DNA of 63,904 nt, filler included, from Octopus bimaculoides (GCF_001194135.2; 7 parts of 7 records of this genome joined end to end with filler, not necessarily neighbours in it); one strand, 5' to 3'; positions 12,818-25,615 are shown, counted from the whole stretch's first letter. The notes: a model not told the origin generated them from the sequence alone. Translations and numbers: made by a program.

Positions 12818-13155
12818 CTGAAAATATAATTGCAACAATTAACAACCATAAAACTAATACATATTTGAAAAGGGTAAGATTTTATATTGGATTCTTACAA
12901 GTGAATGTTTTTAAAAATAAAAATATGAAATTATAAATTAAATAGCTAATATTTTTGATTGAAACAATAAAGAGAAATCGGTTCAGTAACAGAACTTGGA
13001 TAATTATCTGTTGTTTTCCAACTGATTGTGTTTCCGATTACACTACTAGCAGGTGCTCTGTTTGTAGTACTATTACAAAGCTATAAGGTCCAAATCATCA
13101 AAATAATAATTCTGAAAACCAGTATCATCTTGATAAAAAGAATGTTACAGACAAT

Positions 13156-13363
13156 ACTGTTACTGTTTACTGTTTTACTTGTTTCAGTCATTTGACTGCG
13201 GCCATGCTGGAGCACTGCCTTTAGTCGAGAAAATCGACCCCAGGACTTATTCTTTGTAAGCCTAGTACTTATTCTATCGGTCTCTTTTTGCCGAACCGCT
13301 AAGTTACAGGGACGTAAACACACCAGCATCGGTTGTCAAGCGATGGTGGGGGGACAAACACAG

Positions 13364-13396
<33 letters not shown>

Positions 13397-13561
13397 CATA
13401 TATACGACGGGCTTCTTTCAGTTTCTGTTTACCAAATCCACTCACAAGGTTTTGGTCGGCCTGAGGCTATAGTAGAAGACACTTGCCCAAGGTGCCACGC
13501 AGTGGGACTGAACCCGGAACCATGTGGTTGGTAAGCAAGCTACTTACCACACAGCCACTCC
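13156..13561 (-). mobile_element. SINE family A, young copy
   Basis: Same structure as 3520-3913 with CpGs largely intact and an (acagta)n tail. Confidence 0.93.
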
Positions 13562-14049
13562 TTTTTATCACACACTTTGACAACTGTAGGTTCTTTGAAG
13601 TTCAGATGTGGAAATGTAAAGGAAATTGTGATATTGATGCCTTTCCCAAAGGTATTAACATCATTAAGATAAAATAGTTGACTAGCAGTTAAAGCAGGAT
13701 CACAAATTCAGTTTGCTGAAATTATGTGGAACTTATGTCAATTCCAATATAATCTTTTCTTTTCTCTAAGTGCAGGGTTAATACTATAAGAGAGGAGATA
13801 AGTCAACTGATTCAACATCAGTACATCACAGTTAAATATTTTCTACTTCAGACAGGTGAATAGGATGAAAAGCAAACTCTACTTTGGCAGGATTTGAATC
13901 TGAGATGAAGCTGAATATAAAACTGTCACACTCACTACCTACAGAACATCCATAATCATTTAAATACAGAAATATTACTAAAAATAAATAAAATATTGAG
14001 TCACAACAATCTTAAAGACATAATATCTCAAGAAAAAAGAAGCAATAAA

Positions 14050-14250
14050 GGAGCCTTTAAATGGTTGAATAACTTGCAAAATATAGCAGCCAAATCCCCC
14101 TCAAATCACACCCTAACATCTTAAGCAAAGTAGGATACATTAGGCAATGTAGTTCCTGAAATACTAAAAGCAGAATGATTACGGCTGGAACACTTTTGAT
14201 TCCAGGTCTGCTAGATCAGGGCTGACCTGGACTTAAACAATAACAAGAAG
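14050..14250 (+). mobile_element. Family G SINE-like repeat (opposite-strand copies at 32828-33015 and 35510-35670)
   Basis: aaatatagcagccaaatcccc...ggctggaacacttttgat...cagggctgacctgg...aaacaa shared among copies. Confidence 0.65.
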
Positions 14251-14269
14251 AGACTCTAAAGATACAGAC

Positions 14270-14383
14270 CTGTCAGCAGTTGCCTCTCTTAAAACTTCAA
14301 ATGCTTTTTTGCGCCATCGCTTAGGTCTACCAGGAGGCAGGAAACCAAATTGGTCATGCTTTCTCAAAGCAACTGTATCAATT
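14270..14383 (-). CDS. EXOC3: EXOC3 exon (most 5' one found): IDTVALRKHDQFGFLPPGRPKRWRKKAFEVLREATAD
   Basis: atttccag acceptor, gtctgt donor, 114 nt. The Sec6 motif GF.PPGRPK.W matches human GFVPPGRPKNWKEK. Confidence 0.96.
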
Positions 14384-15093
14384 CTGGAAATATAAGACAT
14401 TAAAAACTTAACAAAAACAAAAAAAAAGTTACAACAATTCATCATTATCATCATTGTTTAACATCCGCCTTCCATCCTGACATGGGTTGCACGGTCTGGT
14501 GCAGAAGCCTGCACCAGACTTCTGTGTCTGTTTTGACAGGGTTTTTACTGCTGGATGCCCTTCCAAACACCAACCACCCATCAGAGTGAATTAATTGAAG
14601 AAAATAATTTTAAAATTATAAAGTGTGTTTGAATAATGATATAATCAGAAATGAAATAATAAATTTTTACAAAAGAAAACAGCAAAATTCTTTCTTACAT
14701 TAAGGTTTAGACTGTCAGAAAAGATAGAAAGATCTATAATATCAATACCTTCCACAAGCACATTAGTAACACAAAACAACGATGGAGACAACACATTCAC
14801 TCATCATATTAAAAATAACAGCCAAATTTCCCCCAAATCTCAACTCATTGTTTCAAAATAAGGAAAAAAACTGGATAAAGCAGTATTGGATATCTATACT
14901 ATATATAAAACAGAGATGTGTGTGTAATCGCTTTTCACGTGAAATCGACTTCACCAAATGCTTCCATACTTGTAATGCATGAATAATTTGACCTCGGATA
15001 AATCTTAGGCTCTTCATTTGTTTTTTTAATTAAAAATAAATAATATTGCTTTATATTTAAGATTCACTTCTTTAAAAAGGTTCCTCAATGTCA

Positions 15094-15112
15094 ACTTCCG
15101 GTATTGACGTAA
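15094..15112. promoter_or_regulatory. Candidate housekeeping promoter motifs: ETS (ACTTCCGG) and CRE/ATF-like (TGACGTAA)
   Basis: Adjacent motifs in a CpG-retaining patch (14.9-15.2 kb) next to CpG-poor EXOC3 introns; an E-box CACGTG lies at 14936-14941. Confidence 0.4.
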
Positions 15113-15264
15113 CAACCGCAAAAAGCTTCACTTTCTATTTTGTGTGTTCGTGTGTATGAGAGAGAGAGAGAGAGAGAGTAAATACTACATACACACCGCT
15201 CTCTCACTCTGTCTCACACACACACCTTGACTCACTCACACTCTGTCTCTTACAAACACACACA

Positions 15265-15364
15265 NNNNNNNNNNNNNNNNNNNNNNNNNNNNNNNNNNNN
15301 NNNNNNNNTTAATTAATTAANNNNNNNNNNNNNNNNNNNNNNNNNNNNNNNNNNNNNNNNNNNN
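15265..15364. other. Artificial scaffold linker, 44N-TTAATTAATTAA-44N (also 34039-34138, 39290-39389, 52225-52324, 58631-58730, 61507-61606)
   Basis: Identical 100-bp design six times; the 12-mer gives stops in all six frames. Confidence 0.97.
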
Positions 15365-15399
15365 ATATATATATATTATACACTTTATTACGTTCTGAT

Positions 15400-15478
15400 T
15401 TGCGTGGTATTGCACGGTCCAATGAAAAATTGTCTCGCATGAAACCGGTCCGTTGTGTAAAATAGTTTGGGGATCTCT
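15400..15478. mobile_element. hAT/Charlie-like MITE terminal fragment
   Basis: aaccggtccgttgtgtaaaatagtttggggatc resembles a Charlie-type right end; the other end is not visible. Confidence 0.45.
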
Positions 15479-16029
15479 CCTCTATGCAGAGTCTAAACGA
15501 CCTTAGAAAATGCAGGGACGTTGCGATAGAACTTCATTCCCAACATCAGCTCTGACCCTACCATCCACGGTCTTCAATTATTATCACTAAAGGCAAGAAT
15601 ATGAGATGCAATTTGGTTTAACCATGTTGTTCACGATACGTAAGTCGATATCCCATTGTTTAAACCGATGCTGCGATTAGTTCTCTTCTCTTTCATCTAC
15701 CACGAATCAATAATAGAAATATTATTACTGACGCCACCTTTCATTGCTTGGTTCGATAAAAAATACGTCGATTTCTGTGGCAGAAACGGTAAAGAGTTGC
15801 ACAAAGCGCCTTTGCCATGAATAGTTTCGTCCTTCTTACATTTACTTTTTCGATTGAAATTGAATCGGGAGTGTCAGGGACGGTGAAGCAGAGGGGGTTG
15901 GTGCGTGGTTTGGTGGGGCCATGGTTGCTATTCAATTTCTATCAAAAAGGAGGTCGATGAGAAAACATGCATCAGTCAATATACGTTGTTGTTGTGTACA
16001 CACTCCTACAACTGTATGACCCAGCACTG

Positions 16030-16325
16030 ATGTAAATCATTGTCATTGTCATCATCATCATCATCGTCATCATCGTCATCATCATCGACAACGACGACCA
16101 CACCTCCACCACCATAAAAAAAAGAAGAAGAAAAAAACAGGAGTGATAAAAAGAAGAGGACGACGACGAAGTAGGAGGTGGAGTAAGAGAAGAAAAGAGA
16201 GAACAATGAAGATATATAGGGTGGAGTAGAAGAAGAGAAAGATGATGATGAGGATGAGCATGAAGAAGAAGAAGAAGAAGAAGAAGAAGAAGAAGAAGAA
16301 GAAGAAGAAGAAGAAGAATTGACGA
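16030..16325. repeat. (CAT)n and (GAA)n low-complexity tract
   Basis: Direct inspection; explains the poly-S/D/F ORFs. Confidence 0.95.
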
Positions 16326-16394
16326 CGAGGAAAGGAGAAAAATGGCAGCAGAACACGATCAGGAAGGCGAGACCAAAATAATGATGATAAGCTG

Positions 16395-16980
16395 ATGTAG
16401 TCGACATCATCGACCACGAAAGGATGAAAGATGAAGTTGAACTCTGCTGGATTTGAACTCAAAACGTAAAAAGGCGAAAGAAATATCACAATGCATTTTG
16501 ATTCTAGCAGCCCGTCTTCATTGTATTAATAATCCTTTCTGCTAAAGGCACAAGGCCTGAATTTTAGGGGGAAGGGGCTTAGTTAATTACATCAACCCCA
16601 AGTGCACAACTGGTGCTTATTTTATCAATCCCGAAAGGATGAAAGGCAAAGTCGACCTCGGCGGAATTTGAACTCAGATTGTAAAGACGGACGAAATGGC
16701 TCTAAGCATTTTGCCCGGTGTGTTAATAATTCTGCAAGCTCACCAGTAATGATAATAACAATGGCTTCAAATTTTGCCACAAGGGCAGCAATTTTGGGGG
16801 AGTAGATGAGTCGATTACATCGACCCCAGAGTTCAACTGGTACTTATTTTATCGACCCCCGAAAGGATGAAAGGCAAGGTCTCGACCTCGGCGAAATTTG
16901 AACTCAGAATGTGAAGACGGACGAAATACTGTTAAGCATTTTGCCCGGCGTGCTAACGATTCTGAAAGCTCACCGATAAT

Positions 16981-17028
<48 letters not shown>

Positions 17029-17232
17029 CCTTGCTACCAAAGGCACAAGGCCTGAAATTTTGGGGGAGGAGGCTAATCGATTACATCGACCCACTGTTTG
17101 ACTGGTACTTATATTATCGACCCCGAAAGGATGAAAGGCAAAGTCGACCTCGGCGGAATTTGAGCTGGTAACGTAAAGAGACGAAATAAATGCCATAATG
17201 CATTCTGATTCGAACGATTCTAGCAGCTCGTT

Positions 17233-17235
<3 letters not shown>
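16395..17235 (-). mobile_element. Chain of four SINE family B copies
   Basis: Repeated cgaccccgaaaggatgaaaggcaaagtcgacctcggcggaatttgaactcag, separated by (TAA)n. Confidence 0.92.
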
Positions 17236-17272
<37 letters not shown>

Positions 17273-17788
17273 GAAGAAGAAGAAACGATAGGAGCAGCTA
17301 ACATACCAACTCACCAATTCTCCAATTTCGAAGAACTGGTGATAAAGTAGAATGAAGTAATATGGCCAGTCGGTACTTTAGATGAAGGCGTGTGGAAGTA
17401 GACATTCGTGATAACATCAGAAGCAGTGTTTGGCTGCCACAAATGGTACATAGTCTGCAAGTGCAGCGGATGGAACATTGTGAAGTTCATACGGAAGGAA
17501 GGGGGTGTTGTCTGAATATAGAAAATACTTGTATCTCGGCGTCTCTTTCTCTTTCTTTCTTTTTCCTTAATTAAGTATATCTAAATCTGTCCTTCTCTTT
17601 TATTCGTGCGTGTCTCTCTGAATCTATGTAGCTGTTGCTTTCACACATTGTGTCTACTTACAGACACTTAGTGAGACGGCGAAATGGTTCCATGAAGCTA
17701 CAAACATACGTACAATAAATATTTGTTGTATATTCCATTCACAAACATACATACACAACGCAGACATACACCCACACACTACATGTAT

Positions 17789-17834
<46 letters not shown>

Positions 17835-18348
17835 TACAGAAATATACAGTTATATATAGTTAAAGATACAGCATGAAGTATATATAATATAATTGACCCG
17901 ATGTTTAACAGTGCCCGATTACCGTGCCTTTAAGAAAGAATTGTCAGCGTAACCCAGTTGGCAAGGCACCAGACTTGAAAAGTGGGAGCTATTCACATCA
18001 TTATTTGCTTTTGAAAGTTGACTCCATTCATATGTGTTCTATCTGTGAGCTGAATACTTTTCTTTTAATATTTGAAACCTGTTCATAGATTGCAAACTTA
18101 CACAAGTATTATAAATATAGGGGAATGTAACATGAGGTTATGAACTGCTGATATGAGTTTATAAATATTTCCAAAATATCTGTTATTTTAGATAAGGTTC
18201 CCACAGCAGCTGTAGCAATCAAACCTCTAGTTAACATAGTCTCACTAAAAGTGACTTAGTATACTCTAAAACAACACATAAATTAATATAGCGCAGCTTA
18301 TTCAATCTGAATTTGAAATAATATGCTTTTTTTCTTCAAAAATACACA

Positions 18349-18720
18349 GGCACGGCTGTGTGGTTAAGGATTTTGCATCGCAACCACGTGTTTTAGGGTT
18401 CCGTCTCACTGCGCAACACCATGGGCAAGTATCTTCTACTATAGCTCCGGGCCCACCAATGCCTTGACGGAAACTGTGTGGGAACCCGATGTATGTGTAT
18501 GTGAATATGTGTATGTGTGTGTGCGTTTTTTGTTTCGCAATCACCGCTTGACGACCGGTGCTGGTTTGTCTACGTCCCAGTAACTTGGTGGTTCGGCAAG
18601 AAATGACTGATTGAACGATAACCAAATGAAAATAAGTACTGGGGTCGATTTGTTCGACTAACCCTACAAGGCAGTGTTCCAGCATGGCCACAGTTAATGA
18701 CTAAAGCAAGTAAAAGAGTA
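18349..18720 (+). mobile_element. SINE family A, diverged
   Basis: Homologous head and tail. Confidence 0.85.
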
Positions 18721-19085
18721 ACCTATTTTCAATATCATAATGAGTATAGAAATACTATATACGTAAAAAAAGCGAAAATAAATCCCACATTTAGCATATA
18801 TACTTTGCGAGCCAAAATTAATGTTGTCCATTCATAAATTATACGGGTATATTCCTCTCTTGTGCAACAGCTATCTTAAATAGACTTAAGCAATGTCAGA
18901 TACCTTTGCATAGAATAAAAATCCTGTATGAAGATAACTATACTGTAACAGCTGTTAATTTCCATCGGAATACAGATAAGGAGAAAAGGTCAGGTTTACC
19001 AGCTATCTGTTTAATGCGAAAATAAATGAGGATGTTTGATGTAAAAAGAAATTAGGAAGTCTAATGTATTCCTTTATACGTGTGT

Positions 19086-19178
19086 AACTCAAATAAAAAT
19101 ATAGCTTAGACGAGTATACTACAAAATCCAACATCGTTGTAGTATACTCGTCTAAGCTATTTTCTTTTTATTAGAGTT
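19086..19178. repeat. Inverted repeat/hairpin with a perfect 24-bp stem and 12-nt loop
   Basis: 19101-19124 atagcttagacgagtatactacaa is the exact reverse complement of 19137-19160; an imperfect extension reaches 19086/19178. Confidence 0.95.
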
Positions 19179-19855
19179 ATTTTTTATCAATGATACCATG
19201 TATTTTGGCTGGTATTGAATTTTAAAATATTGCTCTAATTAGTTCTGCTAAAACTATACATATGTTGTAAACTTTCGTTGTAGCCAATGTAAATTGTTAT
19301 AAATATCTCTAAATATTAACGTGCTTTAGATGATACGGTATCGAATAAAAAATGCTTAGAATCACGTACAGCTGTGACTGCCAAGATATACTGCTGTGAT
19401 CAAATTATCAACATAGAATCAACTGTAAACTATTCGTTTACAACTGTCAATGATAGAATGCAAAGTAGTGATGACTGGTGCTGATAGCAAAGTTAATGTT
19501 TCCCACCAGGAATTTTATTCCATAACATTAATGTTATATCCAAAAGCAAGACGATATGATGATATTTGTCATACTGTCCCGTCTTTTGATTTAGTAATTT
19601 TCTCTGTTCTTGTGTGTTTTATCTACTGAAACAAACTATGAAGTCATAATGTATTTACTACTATGTTCGAATAAAATGATTTTGCTTGCTAAATTCTCAT
19701 CAATTTAGCACCCAAAATCAGTTTCCTAAACAGACCGTAGGCGCATAGCAATACGGTTTTCAATAGACAGATAACTTGAAGTAATGGTCAGCCGTTGGAT
19801 TCCTTGTGAGAAGCTCTTTCACCCTTTGATAAGTTTTATATTTCTTACTCTGTAT

Positions 19856-20092
19856 CAGTGGTTCTCAATTGGGGTCCATATAAGATTTTGTTGTTTAAAA
19901 ACTATGTGCAGTAAATTGGTTATACATCTACAATGCACAAAATATTTTAGCAACTTTTTTTTACAATTCCTAATAATATTCTAAGATAAAATTATAATAG
20001 GACTTTAAAACATCAATTGATTATGAGGATCTGCTCGAGTAAAATAGGCATCAAAGGAGGTCCATAGGCAAAAAATGGCTGAGAAATCACTG
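19856..20092. mobile_element. hAT (Charlie-type) MITE, 237 bp
   Basis: CAGTGGTTCTCA...TGAGAAATCACTG termini; 8-bp flanks ctctgtat / ctctaaat (6/8) as a degraded TSD. Confidence 0.8.
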
Positions 20093-20169
20093 CTCTAAAT
20101 TAATACTCAAAACTGTTAAAACCTAAACACAGAGAAGCTTAGGTGTGTAGTTTAAGAAATATTTGTTTC

Positions 20170-20390
20170 AAATTTTGGCTCAAAGCCAGCAATATCGGGT
20201 GTGTGTGGGGTATGTGTGGGGTGGGGATAAGACGATTATATCGACCCTAACGCTCAACTGCTACTTATTTTATCGATACCTAAAGGATGAAAGGCAAAAT
20301 CGACCTCGGCGGAATTTGAACTCAGAACGTGAAGACGGACGAAACGCCGCTAAGCATTTTAACCGGATTGATAAACGATTCTGCCAGTTC
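20170..20390 (-). mobile_element. SINE family B
   Basis: Same core as the other B copies. Confidence 0.88.
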
Positions 20391-20874
20391 ATCGACTTAT
20401 ATATTTTCAGAAATATACGTTTAAATCCATTAGTTGGAACGTAAGCGAGCCATTCTTTTATCGGTTTCAATTATTAGACTACAGCCATGCTGTGGAAACA
20501 ACTAGTGTTTTAGTCTACCATATGGAACCGAGTACTCATTTTTATCGCTCTATGTTTATTGAATCGCTATATTACCATTTTATCTTCTCTTTCGTTGTAG
20601 AATTAATTGTGCGTAATTGATAAATCTTAACCAAATGCTTTGTTTTGCCCACACGAGATTTTTAAACCAGAAAACTCAAAACACAAACTAAAATTATACA
20701 GTGTCAATACTAAAGAGTAGGAATACGTTGGCTCGTATAATGTTCGCTGTATGCATCGTGGCTTCCAATTCCTTTTATGTAACATGAAACTTGAAACCAA
20801 GAAGAGTTAGTGTTGACCGTTATTACTATAAATGTAATTATATATGTGTATGCACATAAAATATATATATAGCT

Positions 20875-21239
20875 GCAGGCGTGGCTGTGTGGTAAGAAGT
20901 TTGCATCCAAACCACATGGCTCCGGGTTCAGTCCTACTGCGTGGCACCTTGGCAAGTGTCTTCTACTATAGCCTCGGGTCAACCAAAGCCTTGTGAGTGG
21001 ATCTGGTAGACGAAAACTGAAAGAAGCCCGTCGTATATGTATATATATATGTGTGTGTGTTTGTCTCCTCACCGTCGCTTGACAGCCGATGTTGGTGTGT
21101 TTATGTCCCCATAACTTAGCTGTTCGGCAAAAACCGATATAATAAGTACTAGGTTTACAAAGAATAAGTCCCGGGGTCGATTTGTTCGACTAAAGGCGGT
21201 GCGCCAGCATGGCCGCAGACAAATGACTGAAACAAGTAA
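20875..21239 (+). mobile_element. SINE family A
   Basis: Full head-to-tail homology to the other copies. Confidence 0.92.
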
Positions 21240-23782
21240 TATATATATATATATGCATATATACATACGTATATGTACATACTTACATCTATACGTATAT
21301 ATACGTGCATATGTGGGCACAGGACGTCATGACGCGTGTACAACAAAAATTTCGAACATCGAAAGGCACAAATGGAAAACAAGACGAACAACATAAAGAA
21401 CGACCCTTCATCAGTTGTTGGCTGTTTTTCTACTCTCGTATTTCGAGCATTTAATAACAAAATACACTTTGGGATTTTGTGGAGGGTCAAAATTGGTAAC
21501 ACAAACAAGACAGTGAGAACAAACAGGAAGTGCAGTTAAGCCTAAACGAGGTTGTGGTGGCGAACGTCTAAATCAAGCTTGGACAGGAGACAGACAAGAA
21601 AACGTCTTCATTGCACACACACACACATACATATGAAAGCTCTGGACCAGGTAAATGATCTTCCAAGTAAAACCTGGAATATTCACGTGACTGTCTCATC
21701 GCTCGTTTTGTATGCCTATCAGATTGTGTATAAATATATTCGTGTGTGTGTGTGTTTGTGGTTCAGGTATGTGTGCTCTATTGTGAATAGGTAGAGAAAG
21801 AAAACGATCGCATTTCCTTATGCGACATCACAACAGAAATAAAAACAAATATAAATATGTAGAAAAATGAAAGATGTGCTTAATATAGATTACAGGCTAG
21901 CATGTTGATTTTAGTAATCTGTTCTCTGTACACTGCTACGTTCAAAGTCCTCGGCTGTCGAGATATGTAAGGAATCGGGGATTCTGCCAGACTCTATTAT
22001 TCATGAGTTTTAATACTTCAATAGTTGCTACTCATACTGATGATAATTTGGTAAGCTGTTCCAAGAATCAGTTCTACATCCAAATGAGTTTATAGTAAAT
22101 AGAGACCAACATTAAAAATGAAAAGTCAACATGTTAGTTTGTGGTTGTTGCATTGGTTCAAAATTTTAGTAGATCTCAATAAAAGCTGTTCAAAGTCTAT
22201 GTATGCAATGATACTCTGGAGATATTGTATAAATGTACATTGCGGGAACGTTGTAGAAGCTGCGCAAGGATATCTGTACGTTATGAAAGGCTGCGTAAGG
22301 ACATCTGTACTGATATGAATGAAAGACTAATATCCGTACAGATATGAATTAAAGACTAGTTAAATATGGAGAGGGAAACGAATGGGCTATTGTGTGTTAG
22401 ATATGGTTGTTGAGATAAGGTGAAATATACTAGGTGATATGGAGGTTTTGTCCACAAACGTAAATGTAGAATAGACAGACAACCTAGAAAGGATACCCTT
22501 TTAAGTTATTAAGAAGGCAAAAATAAAAGGGGAGTGGACGAGTAGAAGGGAACAGTAGCAGAAAATGAATAAATAATACTTTGAAAAAATTAATGAGGAT
22601 GAGATGTGCTAGAAAAAAAAGGAGAGCAAAAAAGGCAGAAAGAGGGAGGGAGAGAGAGAGAGAGAGAGAGAGAGATGTATGTGGTTCAAAGAGTGAAAAG
22701 TAGTTGTGTAATATTGAATAAAGAACAAGTAGAATAGAAGCTGTTTCGTTTGTAACAAGAGATTGTCCTTTGTTGATTCAAGGAGTGTAGAAAACGATCA
22801 ATTTATTCTCTGATACAATGCTTCTACGATAATTAGAGGTTTTCTGTTGTTTTACTTCTTGGTCTTGCAAATGAGCTGATCTCAAGGTCTATCCACTTGT
22901 TATTTAAACTTGTAATAAAGAATGAGTGAAGACTTCTTTTTTTTTTTTAACTGAAAATTACAGTTGTATTTAAAATAGCAGCGAGACCACTATTGCTATC
23001 CTTGCATTACACGTTTTTTTTAATTATTATTTTTCATTATTTATATGTATATAATCCACCATTTCTTTTTAGTATCGACTTCAGCCTATAACTTGCATAA
23101 ATGTTTGTTCAGAAGCTGGCTGATATCGGACAACGTCTCATAATTCACAAATATCTGAACGGTAGGATTATTAAACTATGAAATAAGAACCAAATCTCCT
23201 TATTTCTCCGATCAATTATATAATTTTCTGAAGTAACAACTAGCAATTAATGTGGACTCATGACGACGATAAAAAAAAAAAAAAACAACTGCTCAATTGT
23301 AGGTATAATCTATTTGTAGATATGCTTGGTTCTAAAATGAAATCAGAGTATATACAATACATAAAACACAGTTGTATTTTATCCTGTCTGGTAATTGTTT
23401 ATATTTTGCAATTATTTCTTAGTGTATTGTTTAAACTCGTCTGCAAATATATGACTTGCTTCATTCTCGTCCTGCTCTCTGCGATCAAAATGTAGCTGAC
23501 GTTTTAAGACATTTCAACCAACACAAAAAAATTTACAAATACAATGACACTAATATCTTTCTCAATTGCAATTATTTGTGTTAGTTTGCATTTTCTAATA
23601 ATTATAGTTATATCATTTAATTATATATTTTACAACAACTCAGTTATCATTTTTATACACACACATATAAGCGGATTGGAGCGGCGTGAAATGAAGTGCT
23701 TTGCTCAAGAATACACCGCAACGCTGGTCTTGGAATCGAAACCAGAATCTTGCTATCGTGAGGGCAACACCCTAACTACTAG

Positions 23783-23844
<62 letters not shown>

Positions 23845-23860
23845 ATGTGTTGTTGTTGTT

Positions 23861-24228
23861 AGCACTCCGTCGGTTACGACGACGAGGGTTCCAGTTGATC
23901 CGATCAACGGAACAGCTTGCTCGTGAAATTAACGTCCAAGTGGCTGAGCACTCCACAGACACGTATACCCTTAACGTAGTTCTCGAGGAGATTCAGTGTG
24001 ACAAGGCTGGCCCTTTGAATTACAGGTACAACAGAAACAGGAAGAAAGAGTGAGAGAAAGTTGTGGTGAAAGAGTACAGCAGGGTTCACCACCATCCCCT
24101 GCCGGAGCCACGTGGAACTTTAGGTGTTTTCGCTTAATAAACGCTCACAATGCCCGGTCTGGGAATCGAAACCGCGATCCTACGATCGCGAGTCCGCTGC
24201 CCTAACCACTGGGCCATTGCGCCTCCAC
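23861..24228 (-). mobile_element. tRNA-derived SINE, family C
   Basis: Head GTGGAGGCGCAATGGCCCAGTGGTTAGGGC...GTTTCGATTCC (A/B boxes) and (AAC)n tail; homologous to 30389 and 54526. Confidence 0.92.
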
Positions 24229-24669
24229 ATATATAATGTGTGTGTGCGTGCGTGTGTGTGTGTGTGAAATATTTCAATGAATGCTGTTCTCGTACATAGG
24301 AAGAAATATCGAGAACTGTGGGAGGTGTACAAGCGGTAGGTAGTTCATTGAACCTTGAAGAAAATAATGAACTGTGTTTTTATAAAACTAATAAGTTTTC
24401 TTTCGAGTGCAGAATATTTTGTTATGGAGGAGTTGGGAGGAATAAAGTCATGGGAAGATTCTATTGCATGCATTTAATAAGATGTTTGGTGTAGTGGTGT
24501 TTGGCGGATTCAGCAATTCCGATAATTGATTGTTATGCGCTTTTTATAACGTGAAGTATTTGCCCCGTGATAATGAGTATTATATACTCCGAAGAAAATT
24601 TACCTTCGCTGCTGCTGATCTCCGGAAACAGTTTGTATAAATGTTTGACTTTGAGAGGAGTGTAAGAAG

Positions 24670-25615
24670 TCTTTATCATTGGTTTCAAATTTTGGCACCA
24701 GGCCCTTCAATATTAATAATAATAATAATAATAATGATGATGATAATATTTTCTACTACAGGCACAAGGCCTGAAATTTGTGGGGAGGAGACTGGTCAAT
24801 TACGTCGACCTCAGTGCATAACTGGTACTTATTTCATCGACCCCCGAAAGGCAAAGTCGACCTCGGTGGAATTTGAACACTGAACGTAAAGACAGACGAA
24901 ATACCGCTAAATATTTTCTCCGGCGTGCAAATGATTCTGCCAGCTCGCCACCTTAATGGCTTCAAATTTTGGCACATGGCCATTAATCTCAAGGGAAGAT
25001 ATAAGTCGATTACATCAACCCCAGTGCTGAATTGGTACTTATTTTATCGATTCCGAAAGGATGAAAGGCAAAGTCGACATCGACGAAATTTAAATTCAGA
25101 GCGTAAAGACGGACGAAATGCCGCTAAGCATTTTGCCCTGTTTGCTAACAATTCTGCCAGCTCACCGCCTTATAACAGGTCTTTCGAATTAAGTCTGGGG
25201 TCGATGTAATCGACTTAACCACTTCACTGAGATTGCTGGCCTTGTGCCCAAATTTCAAGCCAATATCATTATGTAGAATATAATTGGCAAAGAAAATTTA
25301 TGCTATTAATCTGATTATTATTGCTATAAAACTTATTTCTAACCTGCGTGTTGCATTATATCAATAGGCAAAATATTGAAAGCTATTAACACGGCAATTT
25401 TCCGGACTGCTTACTACACATTTAGTGTTACAATTTATAATATATCTATAATTGTCATAATATATCAAATCTTGGACATGTTCTAAGTTCAAATTCCACC
25501 GAAGTCGGCTTTGCCTTTCATCCTTTCGGGGTCGATAAAATAAGTATCAGTTGATGTAATCAACTAGTCCCTCCCTCAAAATTTCAGGTCCTTGTGTTTA
25601 TAGAAGAAAAGATTA
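24670..25615. mobile_element. Cluster of SINE family B copies (two minus, two partial plus)
   Basis: Core motif near 24830, 25040 and 25510, with a tail at 25190-25265. Confidence 0.85.

Noticed and set aside
14928-15017. MKSLRFIRGQIIHALQVWKHLVKSISREKR as the missing ...IIEREEK exon of EXOC3
   Set aside because: Only superficial similarity, and no GT donor at the position needed for the phase-2 junction.
15265-15364. Recurrent TTAATTAATTAA palindrome flanked by N runs (six copies)
   Set aside because: Fixed 44N+12+44N design with six-frame stops; an assembly spacer, not biology.
15741-15945. Minus-strand terminal-exon candidate (ttttgatag|KLNSNHGPTKPRTNPLCF...)
   Set aside because: No recognisable homology, and not phase-compatible with the 17315 candidate (junction TG|A gives a stop).
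22258-22350. Short overlapping tandem duplications (~21 and ~29 bp)
   Set aside because: Ordinary slippage products; similar 32-bp duplication inside SINE B at 2573-2640.
24140-24228. tRNA gene
   Set aside because: A/B boxes are present but continue into the SINE family C body; the same applies to the family A and B heads.
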